A DNA stretch of 64,000 nt from Gemmatimonadota bacterium (GTDB lineage Bacteria > Gemmatimonadota > Gemmatimonadetes > Palauibacterales > Palauibacteraceae), in assembly GCA_965116475.1 (NCBI GenBank), contig OZ220691.1, forward strand, positions 1,280,001 to 1,344,000, given 5' to 3'. Position numbers and translations under genes: made by a program. Of this stretch, positions 48,005-57,508 are shown one piece after another; position 1 is the stretch's first letter; every line of letters begins with the position of its first letter. The notes under the pieces were generated by a model. The model saw only the letters and a program-made list of their open reading frames with translations, had not been told where the DNA came from and made no database searches.

Positions 48005-48688
48005 TCAGTACGACACGCCGGTGGCCTGGCACAGCCAGCGCTGGAACGGGGCGGCGGTGCGGCACAGGTCGGTGAAGCGGTCGAGGAAACCGTCCGACGT
48101 CAGGTCGTCTTCGCCCAGTTGCACGACCGCGATGAAGTCCTTGCGCCGCAGGTCCTCGATCAGCGGGTGATCCACGCTGAATCCCTGCGGGGCCCGGACG
48201 AGCGAGTCGCCCGAGAGCTCGAACGTCCCACGAAAACCGGCGCTGCGCGACGCCCGCCTCCAGGCCTGCGGATCCTCGTCGATGGACTCGCGGATCTGCC
48301 GGAGCGCCGGCCCGCCGGGGCGCCAGGTGCCGCAGCCCGCGAAGCAGTGCCCGGGCTGGATGTGCAGGTAGAAGCCGGGGGCGTGGGCGTCCCTGCCCGC
48401 CTCGTGCCGGAACTGGATGCCGGTGTGGGTCTTGTACGGACTCTTGTCCCGGGAGAAACGCGTGTCGCGGTAGATCCGGAAGAGCGAGCCGCCGTTCGCC
48501 CTCGGGTCGGCGCGAAAGTGGGGGCTGATCTCCTCGAGAGGGCCGGAGAAATCCGAGATGAAGCGGAGCGCCGGCTCTTTGACGTCCGCCTCGTAGCGCG
48601 GCTTGTTGTCGAGAAACCACTCGCGGCGGTTGTTGGCGGCCAACTCGCTCAGGAAGCTGAAGGTGCGGGGCGTGAAGTAGGCGGTCAT
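48005..48688 (-). CDS. DUF2461 (TIGR02453) family protein
   Basis: FLSELAANNRREWF, FRIYRDTRFSRDKSPYK, PGFYLHI. Confidence 0.92.
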   Translation of the reverse strand: MTAYFTPRTFSFLSELAANNRREWFLDNKPRYEADVKEPALRFISDFSGPLEEISPHFRADPRANGGSLFRIYRDTRFSRDKSPYKTHTGIQFRHEAGRDAHAPGFYLHIQPGHCFAGCGTWRPGGPALRQIRESIDEDPQAWRRASRSAGFRGTFELSGDSLVRAPQGFSVDHPLIEDLRRKDFIAVVQLGEDDLTSDGFLDRFTDLCRTAAPFQRWLCQATGVSY

Positions 48689-48816
48689 GGCAAGGTGGCT
48701 CGTCGGCTGGAGAGACAGGTATGATGAGCGGGGCCGATACCGGGGCCGATACCTATGACGTGGGCCCGGAGCCGGCAAGCGGAAGCAGGCAAACAGGAAG
48801 CAAGCAGAGGAACGCC

Positions 48817-49281
48817 ATGACGCGCACCGAACTCGGCCGCACCATCGACGCTCCGGTCGGAGCGGTTTTTTCCACCGTCGCCGACGTTTCCAACTTCTCC
48901 AAGGCCGTGCCGCACATCGAGCACGTCGAGTTCCTGTCGGAGGCAAGGACGGGCGTCGGCGCCCGCTTCCGGGAGACGCGGCTCATGGGGAGCCGGAGGG
49001 CGACCACGGAGCTGGAGGTGACCGAATACGTTCAGGACGAGCGAGTCCGCTTCGTGTCGGACGCGGGCGGCACGGTCTGGGACACGACCTTCACCGTCGA
49101 GCCGGACCCGGATGGCGGCGGGACGCGGCTGCTCATGGTGATGGAGGCGCGGCCCCACAAGCTTCTTGCCAGACTCACCACGCCGCTCATGAGCCGGGTG
49201 ATCGCGAAGGCGATCGCGGCGGACCTCGATGCCGTGAAGGCCTACACCGAGGCGTCCGGAGGGCTCGACTACCCCATCTGA
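48817..49281 (+). CDS. SRPBCC (polyketide cyclase/dehydrase-like) protein
   Basis: IDAPVGAVF...GVGARFRETR...C-terminal helix DLDAVKAYTE. Confidence 0.85.
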   Translation: MTRTELGRTIDAPVGAVFSTVADVSNFSKAVPHIEHVEFLSEARTGVGARFRETRLMGSRRATTELEVTEYVQDERVRFVSDAGGTVWDTTFTVEPDPDGGGTRLLMVMEARPHKLLARLTTPLMSRVIAKAIAADLDAVKAYTEASGGLDYPI

Positions 49282-49678
49282 GCAATTGCGCGGGTTCAGC
49301 GACTGGCTGAGCCTGTCCGCATGCAACCGTTGAGCCAGAAGACCGCCATTGCGAACGGATCGGCGCCGACCTTCGCCGCTTCCGGCAGGATGTCGCCGGA
49401 AGGGTCAGGCTAGGCAACGTGCCCGGGAAATGGGGAAACACCTGCGCGAGGCCCGGATGCACGGCGATCACCGTAAAGCCACCTCAGACGCCGGACTCCA
49501 CAAGCTCCGGTCGCACCCAGCCCCTGAAGGCCTGTCCCCGTTGCGTCGTGGAAGCCGCCCGCCGAATCGACGTTGAGCCTCCGTCCTGGGCTGTAGATGC
49601 GTTGGCCGCGCAGCCCGGATACCGGACTTCACGCCGCGACTCGCAAAGGGAGCGCGGCGAGTCCGCGGATCACCGTTG

Positions 49679-49696
49679 ACTACCCCATTTGGGGTA
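49679..49696 (+). promoter_or_regulatory. Palindromic operator-like box TACCCCATTTGGGGTA
   Basis: Core ACTACCCCATTTG also present (as its complement) at 55334 and 59240. Confidence 0.65.
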
Positions 49697-49808
49697 AGAT
49701 GCTGGCGCCTGCGTGCGTGGTCGTGCCACATGATTTGTGGCCGTATCACATGATTCAAGGCCACGATCTCCTGGACACACACCAAACAAAGCGGGCAGTC
49801 GAAACCAC

Positions 49809-50969
49809 ATGACCGCGCAGGACCGGTTCGAACGGACGTTGGCGTTGCTGCACCGGGCGGCGCTGGGCGATGCCACGTGGGTCTCGGCGGCCGCCTCCGT
49901 CAACGCCCTGATCCGGGCGAGCGGCCACAGCCTCGCCTACGGCGATCCGCGTTCGGGGGGCGAGCCCGAGATCTTCCTGGCACGATCCTTCTCCGGCCGG
50001 CGGCGTCGCAGGGACTGGGAGGACCTGTATTTCGGCCGCTACTGGGGACAGGATGAGGCGATCCCGCGGCTCCTTTCGCTTCGTGCCGGCGAACTGGCGC
50101 ACAAGCCGGATCTCTACACGGACGAAGAGAAGGAGACCTCGCCCGTGTACAACGACTTTCGACGCACCACCCGATCGCAGAACGGTCTCTTCATGGTGCT
50201 CGATGGACTCGACGGGTGCGGGATCGTGTGGTCGTTTGCCGATTCCATTCAACCCGGAGGCTGGGGATACGACCAGATCCGGGACATCAAGCGCCTGGCG
50301 CCCCACATACGCCACTTCGCCCGCGTCCGGCGCCTGATGATGGACGCCGAGGCGCTGGGTGCGTCGCTTGCCGATCTGGTCGAGAACAGACGGGCGGGGA
50401 TCGTCCAGCTCGACGGCCGCGGACGGATCCGGGAGGCGAACGACCGGGCCCGGGCCCTCCTGCGGAAAGGCGATGGGCTCCGCGACTGGAAGGGGGCGCT
50501 CACCGCCGAGATGCCGGCGGAAGACGACCGGCTACAGCGTCTGCTGGCGGCCGCCCTGCCCCCGTACGGCACACGCGGCGCCGGAGGCTCGATGAAGATC
50601 ACGCGTCCGAAGGCCGGAACGCCGCTGGCGGTCGAGGTCCAGCCCGTGGGCGGCGGCATGCGCACCGATTATCGAGCCTGGAAGGTCGGCGTGCTGGTGC
50701 TGATCGTCGACCCCGTGAGTCGATCCCGCATAGATCCGGCGTTGGCGGCTGCGGTCCTTGGACTGACGCCCGCGGAGAGCCGCGTCGCGGTGGCGCTGGC
50801 CGCCGGCCGGTCCGTGGCCGAGATCACGCGGAGGCTGGGCGTGGCCGAGGGTACCGTGCGGGCCCATCTGAAGAACACCTATCGCAAGCTGGGGATCAAA
50901 GGGCAGACCGAACTGGTGCGGAGGCTCCTGTCGCTGGAGGCCATACGAAGCTCCCCCCGCTCACGCTGA
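49809..50969 (+). CDS. LuxR-type HTH regulator with GAF/PAS-like sensor region
   Basis: IVQLDGRGRIREAN (PAS-like); LTPAESRVA...GRSVAEI...TVRAHLKNTYRKLG. Confidence 0.88.
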   Translation: MTAQDRFERTLALLHRAALGDATWVSAAASVNALIRASGHSLAYGDPRSGGEPEIFLARSFSGRRRRRDWEDLYFGRYWGQDEAIPRLLSLRAGELAHKPDLYTDEEKETSPVYNDFRRTTRSQNGLFMVLDGLDGCGIVWSFADSIQPGGWGYDQIRDIKRLAPHIRHFARVRRLMMDAEALGASLADLVENRRAGIVQLDGRGRIREANDRARALLRKGDGLRDWKGALTAEMPAEDDRLQRLLAAALPPYGTRGAGGSMKITRPKAGTPLAVEVQPVGGGMRTDYRAWKVGVLVLIVDPVSRSRIDPALAAAVLGLTPAESRVAVALAAGRSVAEITRRLGVAEGTVRAHLKNTYRKLGIKGQTELVRRLLSLEAIRSSPRSR

Positions 50970-51086
50970 TTCCCTGGGGACGGCCTGATCGTGCGTGTCA
51001 CTACAGCGGGGCGGTGCATGGTTGACACTTGCCGCCGCGATCTCTCGGCCGGGTGATCGCCCGTGAGTAGCGGCCGCCAAGTGGAC

Positions 51087-53525
51087 TCAACGGCCGCCCT
51101 TCGCCCAGCGACCGTACGCGTCCCGGACCACGGCTTCCGCCAGCTTGCCCCGTACGGTAAAGAACAGCCTGTCGCGCCAGCGCTCCATGTACATCGCATC
51201 CGTTCCGATCCAGTTGTCCCAGAGGAAGGCGCCGTTCACCAGACCCGGATGGCGGTCTCCGACGTTGAAGAATGCCTCGAGGATGTTGGCCTGGGTCTCC
51301 TCGCCGTCATCCAGTCCGTTCCGGTTCATGTCCACAAACGTCTTGCTCTCCCCCTGGCGCGCGCTCGATCCCGGGTTCGCCGGAGCTTCGACGAGATCCA
51401 TGGTGCCGTATTCTGTGAAGACGATCGCCCGCCCCGGATTCCGGTCGGCAAGCGGACGCAGCAGGTCCATGAAAACCGACTCGTAGCTCGCCTGCAGTTC
51501 CGGAACACTCATTACGGTCGCCGGGGGACTCGCCGTGAGCCTGAACCATGCGCTGATCCCCACGATGTCGAGGTCGAGATCCTCCCAGAGATGGCCGGCG
51601 CCCGACCCCCGTCCGTGGAAGTCCGCATACATGAGCGCCGAGGCGTGCATGTCGTACGTCAGCCGGCCGGAGTAGACGGCACGTACGCGGCCTACCATGG
51701 TCCGCAATTCGTCGCCGAAATCGTTGGTCATGTAACCGGAAGCCGGGCGACCCGGGTCATGGTGGTCGGGTCGCGTGCGAAACAACCGGTCCGTCTCGGT
51801 CCCGAGAGAGAAGAGAGCGACGCCCTCATCCTCCGCCATGGCGGCGAAGTGCTCGGCATGCTCCGTGTAGGTTTCCCAGAATTCGGTGACGAACCGCTCA
51901 TGATCCGGATGGTCGGGCCGCCATGGCCAGTTCTCCGGTGCCATTGCCGGCCCCTCGCCTGGCGGTACGCCGCCCGTGTGGGGAGGCGCGGGATCCCCTA
52001 GCTGCCAGCGCTGGACCGGTCGGGACGACCTTTCCGCCTCATGAGCCTCGAACGCCAGGGTCATGTACACGTTGAACCCGTGCTCCCGGGACTCGCGAAG
52101 GACTTGCCGGAGCGTCTCGTCCCGCCAAGTGGGAACCTGACGGTTTCGACCGGTCTCCAGAGAGACCGTGCTGTCCATGCTGTCGTCGTAGTGAAGGGCC
52201 ACGGAGATCATGACCCAATTGACGTGCATACCGCGGAGCCAGTCGATGAACTCGAGGGGAATGAGAGGACCCTGTCGGCCCCCGTCTTCCCAGGGTTGGG
52301 CGACTCGACGGTTCCCTCCCCAGAAGCCCCCTACCGAGACGGCGCGCATGGGGAAATCGAAGATGTTGACGCCAGGGCCCGGTTTCGGAGGCGGATTGGC
52401 CACGGTGACGTCCGCGGTACCGCGTACGCCCCCGGTCACGGCGGCGATGGTCGCCGCACCTTCGGCGATGCCGAGCACGAGCCCCGTTCCGTCCACTCTG
52501 GCCACGGACGGATCGCTCGTCGACCAGCTGAACTCTGCGCCCTCGATCGGGTGAGCGTTCGCGTCGAACGCCTCCGCCACCAACCGCAGAGTGTCTCCGA
52601 CCGCTATCGTCACTGTCGGCGGTGTCACCACTACCGACTCCACGGACTGCGCCACGGTCACCAGCGCCTGACTAGTAACCTCGTCCGCGGCCGCCGTGAC
52701 ACTCGCCGTGCCATTGCCGACAGCGGTCGCCAACCCCGCCGAGTCGACCGCCGCGACGAGCGTGTCCGTGCTCGCCCAGGCTACCGGGACGCCGACCATC
52801 ACGCGCCCGATCTGATCGCGCACTTCGGCCGCCAGCCGGACGGTGTCCCCCAGGGCCAAGAACAGAATGCTGTCGGGTTCGACCGTTACGATCGCCGATA
52901 CGCGCGCCAGGACCGTGAGGGCGGCCTGGGCTACGACCCCGGACGACGTGGCGGTGAGCGCCACTTCACCGGCCCCAACCCCCGTCACCAGACCCGTCGC
53001 GTCTACGGTTGCCAACAGGGTGTCGCTCGACGCCCACACGAACTCGGCCCCCGTCACCAAATGGCCGTTCGCGTCGGTCGCCTCGGCCGTCAAACGCAGC
53101 GTATCGCCCACTACGAGCGTGTCGGCCGCGGGCGTGACCGCGATCGCGCTCACTTCCTGCGCCACCGTCACGGCCGCCGTGCCCGACGCCGAGCCCGCCG
53201 TCGCGATAATCGTGGCGGTTCCGTCGCCCACGGCCGTCACCAGCCCGGCCGCGTCCACCGTCGCCACGGCAGCGGCTCCGCTCGCCCAAGTCACCGTGGA
53301 CCCCGCCATCGGCTGGCCGTTCTGGTTGCGCACCTCGGCGGCGAGCTGCACGGTGGCGTCCAGGGCCGCAAGCCGCGCGGTAGGAGGCGTGACGGTAACC
53401 GTGGTCGGCCGTGGCGCGGCGGGGGTTGGAGCGGCTGGTTCAGTCGCCCTTTCCCCGCAGCCGGAGGCCCAGACCATGGCGGCCAGCGTGGCCGCCGCGC
53501 CGACGCAAACCCGCGGGCCCCTCAT
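51087..53525 (-). CDS. Lipoprotein with 4 bacterial Ig-like (Big_2) domains and a GH113-like TIM barrel
   Basis: ASGC lipobox; four WAS/WST..VAxVDxxGLV repeats; SLGTE, YSGRLTY, DIVGISAW, IVFTEYG. Confidence 0.75.
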   Translation of the reverse strand: MRGPRVCVGAAATLAAMVWASGCGERATEPAAPTPAAPRPTTVTVTPPTARLAALDATVQLAAEVRNQNGQPMAGSTVTWASGAAAVATVDAAGLVTAVGDGTATIIATAGSASGTAAVTVAQEVSAIAVTPAADTLVVGDTLRLTAEATDANGHLVTGAEFVWASSDTLLATVDATGLVTGVGAGEVALTATSSGVVAQAALTVLARVSAIVTVEPDSILFLALGDTVRLAAEVRDQIGRVMVGVPVAWASTDTLVAAVDSAGLATAVGNGTASVTAAADEVTSQALVTVAQSVESVVVTPPTVTIAVGDTLRLVAEAFDANAHPIEGAEFSWSTSDPSVARVDGTGLVLGIAEGAATIAAVTGGVRGTADVTVANPPPKPGPGVNIFDFPMRAVSVGGFWGGNRRVAQPWEDGGRQGPLIPLEFIDWLRGMHVNWVMISVALHYDDSMDSTVSLETGRNRQVPTWRDETLRQVLRESREHGFNVYMTLAFEAHEAERSSRPVQRWQLGDPAPPHTGGVPPGEGPAMAPENWPWRPDHPDHERFVTEFWETYTEHAEHFAAMAEDEGVALFSLGTETDRLFRTRPDHHDPGRPASGYMTNDFGDELRTMVGRVRAVYSGRLTYDMHASALMYADFHGRGSGAGHLWEDLDLDIVGISAWFRLTASPPATVMSVPELQASYESVFMDLLRPLADRNPGRAIVFTEYGTMDLVEAPANPGSSARQGESKTFVDMNRNGLDDGEETQANILEAFFNVGDRHPGLVNGAFLWDNWIGTDAMYMERWRDRLFFTVRGKLAEAVVRDAYGRWAKGGR

Positions 53526-53985
53526 GTCCAGGCCAACGGTAGAGCCAGAGCGGCTCGCGTCGCCATCCGGCGCCGATCCTGCCGTTGGAGGATGATCCCC
53601 CCTCCCGGAGTCGAATGTGCGTTCTTCAACAGCGCCGCCGTACTGATCCCGCTCTGCTCAATCGGATCATGGCACCTCCAAGACACTCTCTGCCGGTCAC
53701 CTTGAGGGCGAACCTCAACGTATCGACTACGCCCTCACGCTCAGCGAATTGCAGAAGGTCTGCCTTAACTTAGATGGGATAATTCGATCTGCGCATGCGG
53801 TGGTGGCGGCAGCCGCCGGCCGGGCCAAGGCCAATGGCGGAGGCGGATCGCATCAAAGCGCCGGCATACCCGTCCGCATATCTTCATTGGTTTTTCCAAG
53901 CGAGAGGCGAGAGCTTCGGAGGCGCTACACATCCAAGATCAACTCTGGCCCTGTCGGCCATTCGATCGCTCGGCGCAGTCTAACA

Positions 53986-54813
53986 TTAGCGATACTCTAT
54001 GCTTACGATTTGGCGAACCTCCTCCGGACACCGAATGATAAAGCGCACGTCGTCCGTCATTCCATCGTCGCCCGGTAGGGGCTTCGCCAAGACATCAATC
54101 TTGGCGAGATGTGCGTTTATGTCCACTACGTGAGTTGCAATCGTAGCTGCGATCTCTCCTCTAGCACGTTCTTTCGCCCTCTGCGCTCTTCTCTCCTCTC
54201 GTTCCGTTGCTCTTGCTTCTCTCCTCCTCTCCCGGCCTTCTTGGCGCTCCTCCTGTCTGCGCGTGCGTTCGGCGTCCCGTGTTTCCCTTGCCAATTGAAA
54301 CTCGTGATCGCGCTCCTGCTGCTCTCGGCTGGTGGAGCGGGACAAGAAGAACGCTGATACAGACCAAATGATCGACAGTGCGCCCAAGGCCAGTGCGATC
54401 CCATCGGCCGGCTGGATCTCGATGTCTGGCTGGACCACAACGACCCACAGCGCAGCACTCAGAATGACAGCAGCGCTCAACCCACCCGCCACTAAGACAG
54501 CCGGCTTCTGTCGGGCAGTGATCTGAATACCGTGCGTCGTGTCACGTCCGGCGCTCGGCGGGCCGGGCGCGGTAGACAAGTGACCGCCACTGTCCTGGTC
54601 ACCACTTGATTCCGGCGTTGCCCTGCGGGTGACACCCGAATCGCCGCCACTGCCTTGATCAGCGGTCGGACCTTCCCTTGGATCGGGCGTGCTGCTGCTG
54701 CGATCGTTACGGTGGCGTTGGTCAGCTGCCGACGGGTCAGTGAGTTCGGAAGTGTTCTCGGCGGCGTGCTCGTGCGACTGAGAAGCTTGGTTGGTACGGT
54801 CCTGGTCGTCCAT
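53986..54813 (-). CDS. Hypothetical membrane protein (2 TM plus charged coiled coil), atypical codon usage
   Basis: GAGG before ATG; disordered N-terminus, two hydrophobic helices, R/E-rich helix. Confidence 0.5.
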   Translation of the reverse strand: MDDQDRTNQASQSHEHAAENTSELTDPSAADQRHRNDRSSSTPDPREGPTADQGSGGDSGVTRRATPESSGDQDSGGHLSTAPGPPSAGRDTTHGIQITARQKPAVLVAGGLSAAVILSAALWVVVVQPDIEIQPADGIALALGALSIIWSVSAFFLSRSTSREQQERDHEFQLARETRDAERTRRQEERQEGRERRREARATEREERRAQRAKERARGEIAATIATHVVDINAHLAKIDVLAKPLPGDDGMTDDVRFIIRCPEEVRQIVSIEYR

Positions 54814-54855
54814 GTCCTCGGCTCCGGTCAAAGTCAAGTCTTGCATCGGTAGACG

Positions 54856-55218
54856 CTAGCAACGTGCGCTGCGAAAGAGTGGGGCAAGGAGAAGACCAGT
54901 GTAGTTGTCTCCGGGGTCCGACCATGTGCACGACACTTCCGCCGGGTCGCCCAGTTCGCCGAGCAAGGACTGCTCCATCCCCTCCCGGTCGTCGTCCCCG
55001 ACGCCGACCCGGTAGACCACGGCCACGTCCTCCGTGATCACGCGCCGCACCGGGTTCGAACTCTCGAGCGTCTTCCGTTCGCTCCCCACGCAGACCACGG
55101 CGGACGGCCCGGACTGCGCCGCGGCGGGGAACGAGCCGATGAGCAAAATGATGGCCGCGAGCAAGCCGCATGCCGGCCCACGGCTGAGATTCGGTCTCGG
55201 CGATGGCTGGGCGGACAT
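54856..55218 (-). pseudogene. Secreted protein, probably truncated near 54900
   Basis: GAGG RBS, signal peptide ending AAAQ homologous to the FGE gene leader; codon style changes after PGDNY. Confidence 0.5.
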
Positions 55219-55323
55219 CCTCACCTCTCGATTCGGCGTTCGGTGCGTCTTTGAAGCGGCCACGGCGGAGCACCGAAGCGCACCGGGCATCGGTCTTTCA
55301 GCCTCAGCACATCGCGGGAGCCA

Positions 55324-55346
55324 CGCAATTACTCAAATGGGGTAGT
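55324..55346 (-). promoter_or_regulatory. 23-bp conserved upstream box (identical to 59230-59252)
   Basis: CGCAATTACTCAAATGGGGTAGT. Confidence 0.75.
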
Positions 55347-55447
55347 TTCGAGCCCAACTCCCCCAAAAGCCGGCTCTTCGCCGAACCGGCGCACGCTCGA
55401 GCGAGCTGCGGGGATTCCGGCTGCGCGGGCCAGAACATGAAGAGGGC

Positions 55448-55500
55448 TTGAATGGTGGAGCAGGTTCGTGTATGCTTCCTTGTATTCTTACTTACAGGAA
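55448..55500 (+). promoter_or_regulatory. Sigma70-type promoter and inverted-repeat operator of AbrB-PIN TA
   Basis: TTGAAT-17 bp-TATGCT, followed by TTCCTTGTA...TACAGGAA. Confidence 0.65.
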
Positions 55501-55513
55501 AGAAGGCTGCGCC

Positions 55514-55738
55514 ATGCTCGCCAAGTTGACGTCCAAGAACCAGTTGACGCTTCCCAAAGCCGTGATCTCGGAGTTTCCGAACACGGAGTACTTCGACGTC
55601 ACCGAGGAGCATGGACGCATCGTGCTGACGCCCGTGCGGCTCACGCGGGCCGACGCGGTGCGGGCAAAGCTGGCTGAACTGAGGTTATCCGATGCGGACG
55701 TGGCGGACGCCGTCTCGTGGGCCCGTCGGGCTGAATGA
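55514..55738 (+). CDS. AbrB/MazE/SpoVT family antitoxin
   Basis: MLAKLTSKNQLTLPK...GRIVLTPV. Confidence 0.88.
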   Translation: MLAKLTSKNQLTLPKAVISEFPNTEYFDVTEEHGRIVLTPVRLTRADAVRAKLAELRLSDADVADAVSWARRAE

Positions 55739-56163
55739 CGCCGGTTCGCACGGTTCTCGATACCAACGTCCTCGTATCCGCGCTTCTCTTCCCGAAGGGA
55801 ACCGTATCCTGGCTGCGTGACGCGTGGCGGTCGGGTGCGATTCTGCCGCTCGCGAGCCGGGACACCATCTCGGAACTGGTCCGGGTCCTGTGCTACCCGA
55901 AGTTCCGCCTCGCTGCGGGAGAGCGCGAGGAACTGTTGGCGGACTATCTGCCCTACTGCGAATCGGTCGACGTGGGCGAATCGCCACCCGTCCCGGAGTG
56001 CCGCGACCCCTTCGACCGCATCTTCCTTGAGGCGGCGCTGGCCGGGCACGCCGACGCGCTGGTCACGGGCGACGAAGACCTGCTCGCTCTCGCCGCGGAC
56101 TTTCCGGTGGCGATTCTCACGCCACGGGCGTTCGCCGGACGGCTCCCGCCGTCGGTGCCCTGA
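55735..56163 (+). CDS. PIN-domain toxin (VapC-like)
   Basis: VLDTNVLVSALL, CRDPFD, LVTGDEDLL; ATGA coupling. Confidence 0.9.
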   Translation: MTPVRTVLDTNVLVSALLFPKGTVSWLRDAWRSGAILPLASRDTISELVRVLCYPKFRLAAGEREELLADYLPYCESVDVGESPPVPECRDPFDRIFLEAALAGHADALVTGDEDLLALAADFPVAILTPRAFAGRLPPSVP

Positions 56164-56169
56164 CCGCGC

Positions 56170-56470
56170 GATTCGGAGGCGCTTCGACGACGGAGGACCT
56201 CCTCCGCTTCGCCCACGCGCACCTCGAGCCGGGACTGTTCAGCCGGGAGACGCTGGACCTCGTATGGACTTCCCAGCGCACGGCGTCCGGCGAGGAGATC
56301 GGAGTGGGGATCGGCTGGCGCCTCATGCCGCCCTCGCGGGCGGGCGGTCGCCGAGCGGTCGGGCACGCGGGCGGCGCGATCGGCGGCAACGCGCTGCTCA
56401 TCATCTACCCGGACGACGGCGTGGCCGTGGCCGTCGCCGCGAACATCGCGGGCATCGGCTATCCGCAGGG
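56170..56470 (+). pseudogene. C-terminal remnant of a beta-lactamase-family serine hydrolase
   Basis: GGASTTEDLLRFA...GIGWR...GHAGGAIGG..LLIIYPDDGVAVAVAAN; no SxxK or signal peptide. Confidence 0.7.
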
Positions 56471-56620
56471 CCGCGAACGGCCCGGGCGCTTTTCAACCGT
56501 CTCAGCCACGACCCGGCATCACCGCGCCCGCCCCGGCGTGGGCAGGGCTTCGAGCCACCGTGTGCGAGCTCCGTTCCTCCGCACGTTCAACCAGGAGGTA
56601 AAGGGGTAAAGAAGTAGGAA

Positions 56621-57508
56621 TCAATTGAGCGTCCGGGCAACTCGGAAACCGAAGCGGTTGCTCCGGCCGCCGGTGGGGTTCCTGCTCCGGCTCGCGGAGC
56701 GGAGGAACCACGGGTTGCCGAGCCAGGAACCGCCGCGGAGGACCCGACGGCCACAGTTACCGGACTGCCAGGCGCTCCCGTCCGTCGGCGCGCCGGCGTA
56801 GCTCCCGTTCCAGCAGTCCTGCGTCCACTCGTACACGTTCCCCAGCACGTCGTACAGGCCGAACACGTTCGGCGCGAACGACCCCACCGGCGCCGTGTAC
56901 TCATGTCCGTCCGTGCAGGACACGTAGTCGTCACCACCGTTCGCGTAGCGGCACTGACCGGACCGGCTCTCGCCCCAGTAGCGCGCCGTCACCGAGCCCG
57001 CCCGCGCCACGTACTCCCACTCCGCCTCGCTCAGGAGTCGGTAGCGCGCGCCCGTCTGCTGCGAGAGCCACGACACGTACGCCTGCGCGTCGTCCCAACT
57101 CACGTTCATCACCGGTCGGCTCCCCCGGCCCCAGCCCTCGTCGGCCGGCGCGTAGCCGCCGCAGCTGCCCGCGCTCACGCACGCATCCCACTCCGCGAAC
57201 GTCACCTCGTACACCCCCACCGCGAACGGAGCCGAAATCGTCACCGAGTGCCGCGGACCCTCGTCGTCGAAGCCCTCCTCCGACGCCGGCGAGCCCATCG
57301 TGAACGTCCCGGCGGGCACGACTACCATGCGCGGGCAGACATCGCAGTCGCTGAACTCCTCGCCCGGGGAGAGTCCGGGCACACCGGGGGGCGCGCCCTC
57401 CGACCCGCAGCTGATGAGCAGAATGATGGCCACCAGCAAGCCGCACGTCGGCGTATGCCGGAAAGCCGGTCCCGAGGATCGATGCTCGGACATCTTGAGC
57501 GACTTCAC
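56621..57508 (-). CDS. FGE-sulfatase / C-type-lectin fold lipoprotein, candidate DGR target
   Basis: LISC lipobox; FTMGS, YEVTFAEW, RLLSEAEWEY, PNVFGLYDVLGNVYEW, RVLRGGSW...GFRVAR. Confidence 0.9.
   Translation of the reverse strand: MKSLKMSEHRSSGPAFRHTPTCGLLVAIILLISCGSEGAPPGVPGLSPGEEFSDCDVCPRMVVVPAGTFTMGSPASEEGFDDEGPRHSVTISAPFAVGVYEVTFAEWDACVSAGSCGGYAPADEGWGRGSRPVMNVSWDDAQAYVSWLSQQTGARYRLLSEAEWEYVARAGSVTARYWGESRSGQCRYANGGDDYVSCTDGHEYTAPVGSFAPNVFGLYDVLGNVYEWTQDCWNGSYAGAPTDGSAWQSGNCGRRVLRGGSWLGNPWFLRSASRSRNPTGGRSNRFGFRVARTLN

Noticed and set aside
49282..49678. 400-bp gap with hairpins (e.g. GACTCGC...GCGAGTC) as a possible ncRNA or riboswitch
   Set aside because: No recognisable family motif; such hairpins are expected at this GC content
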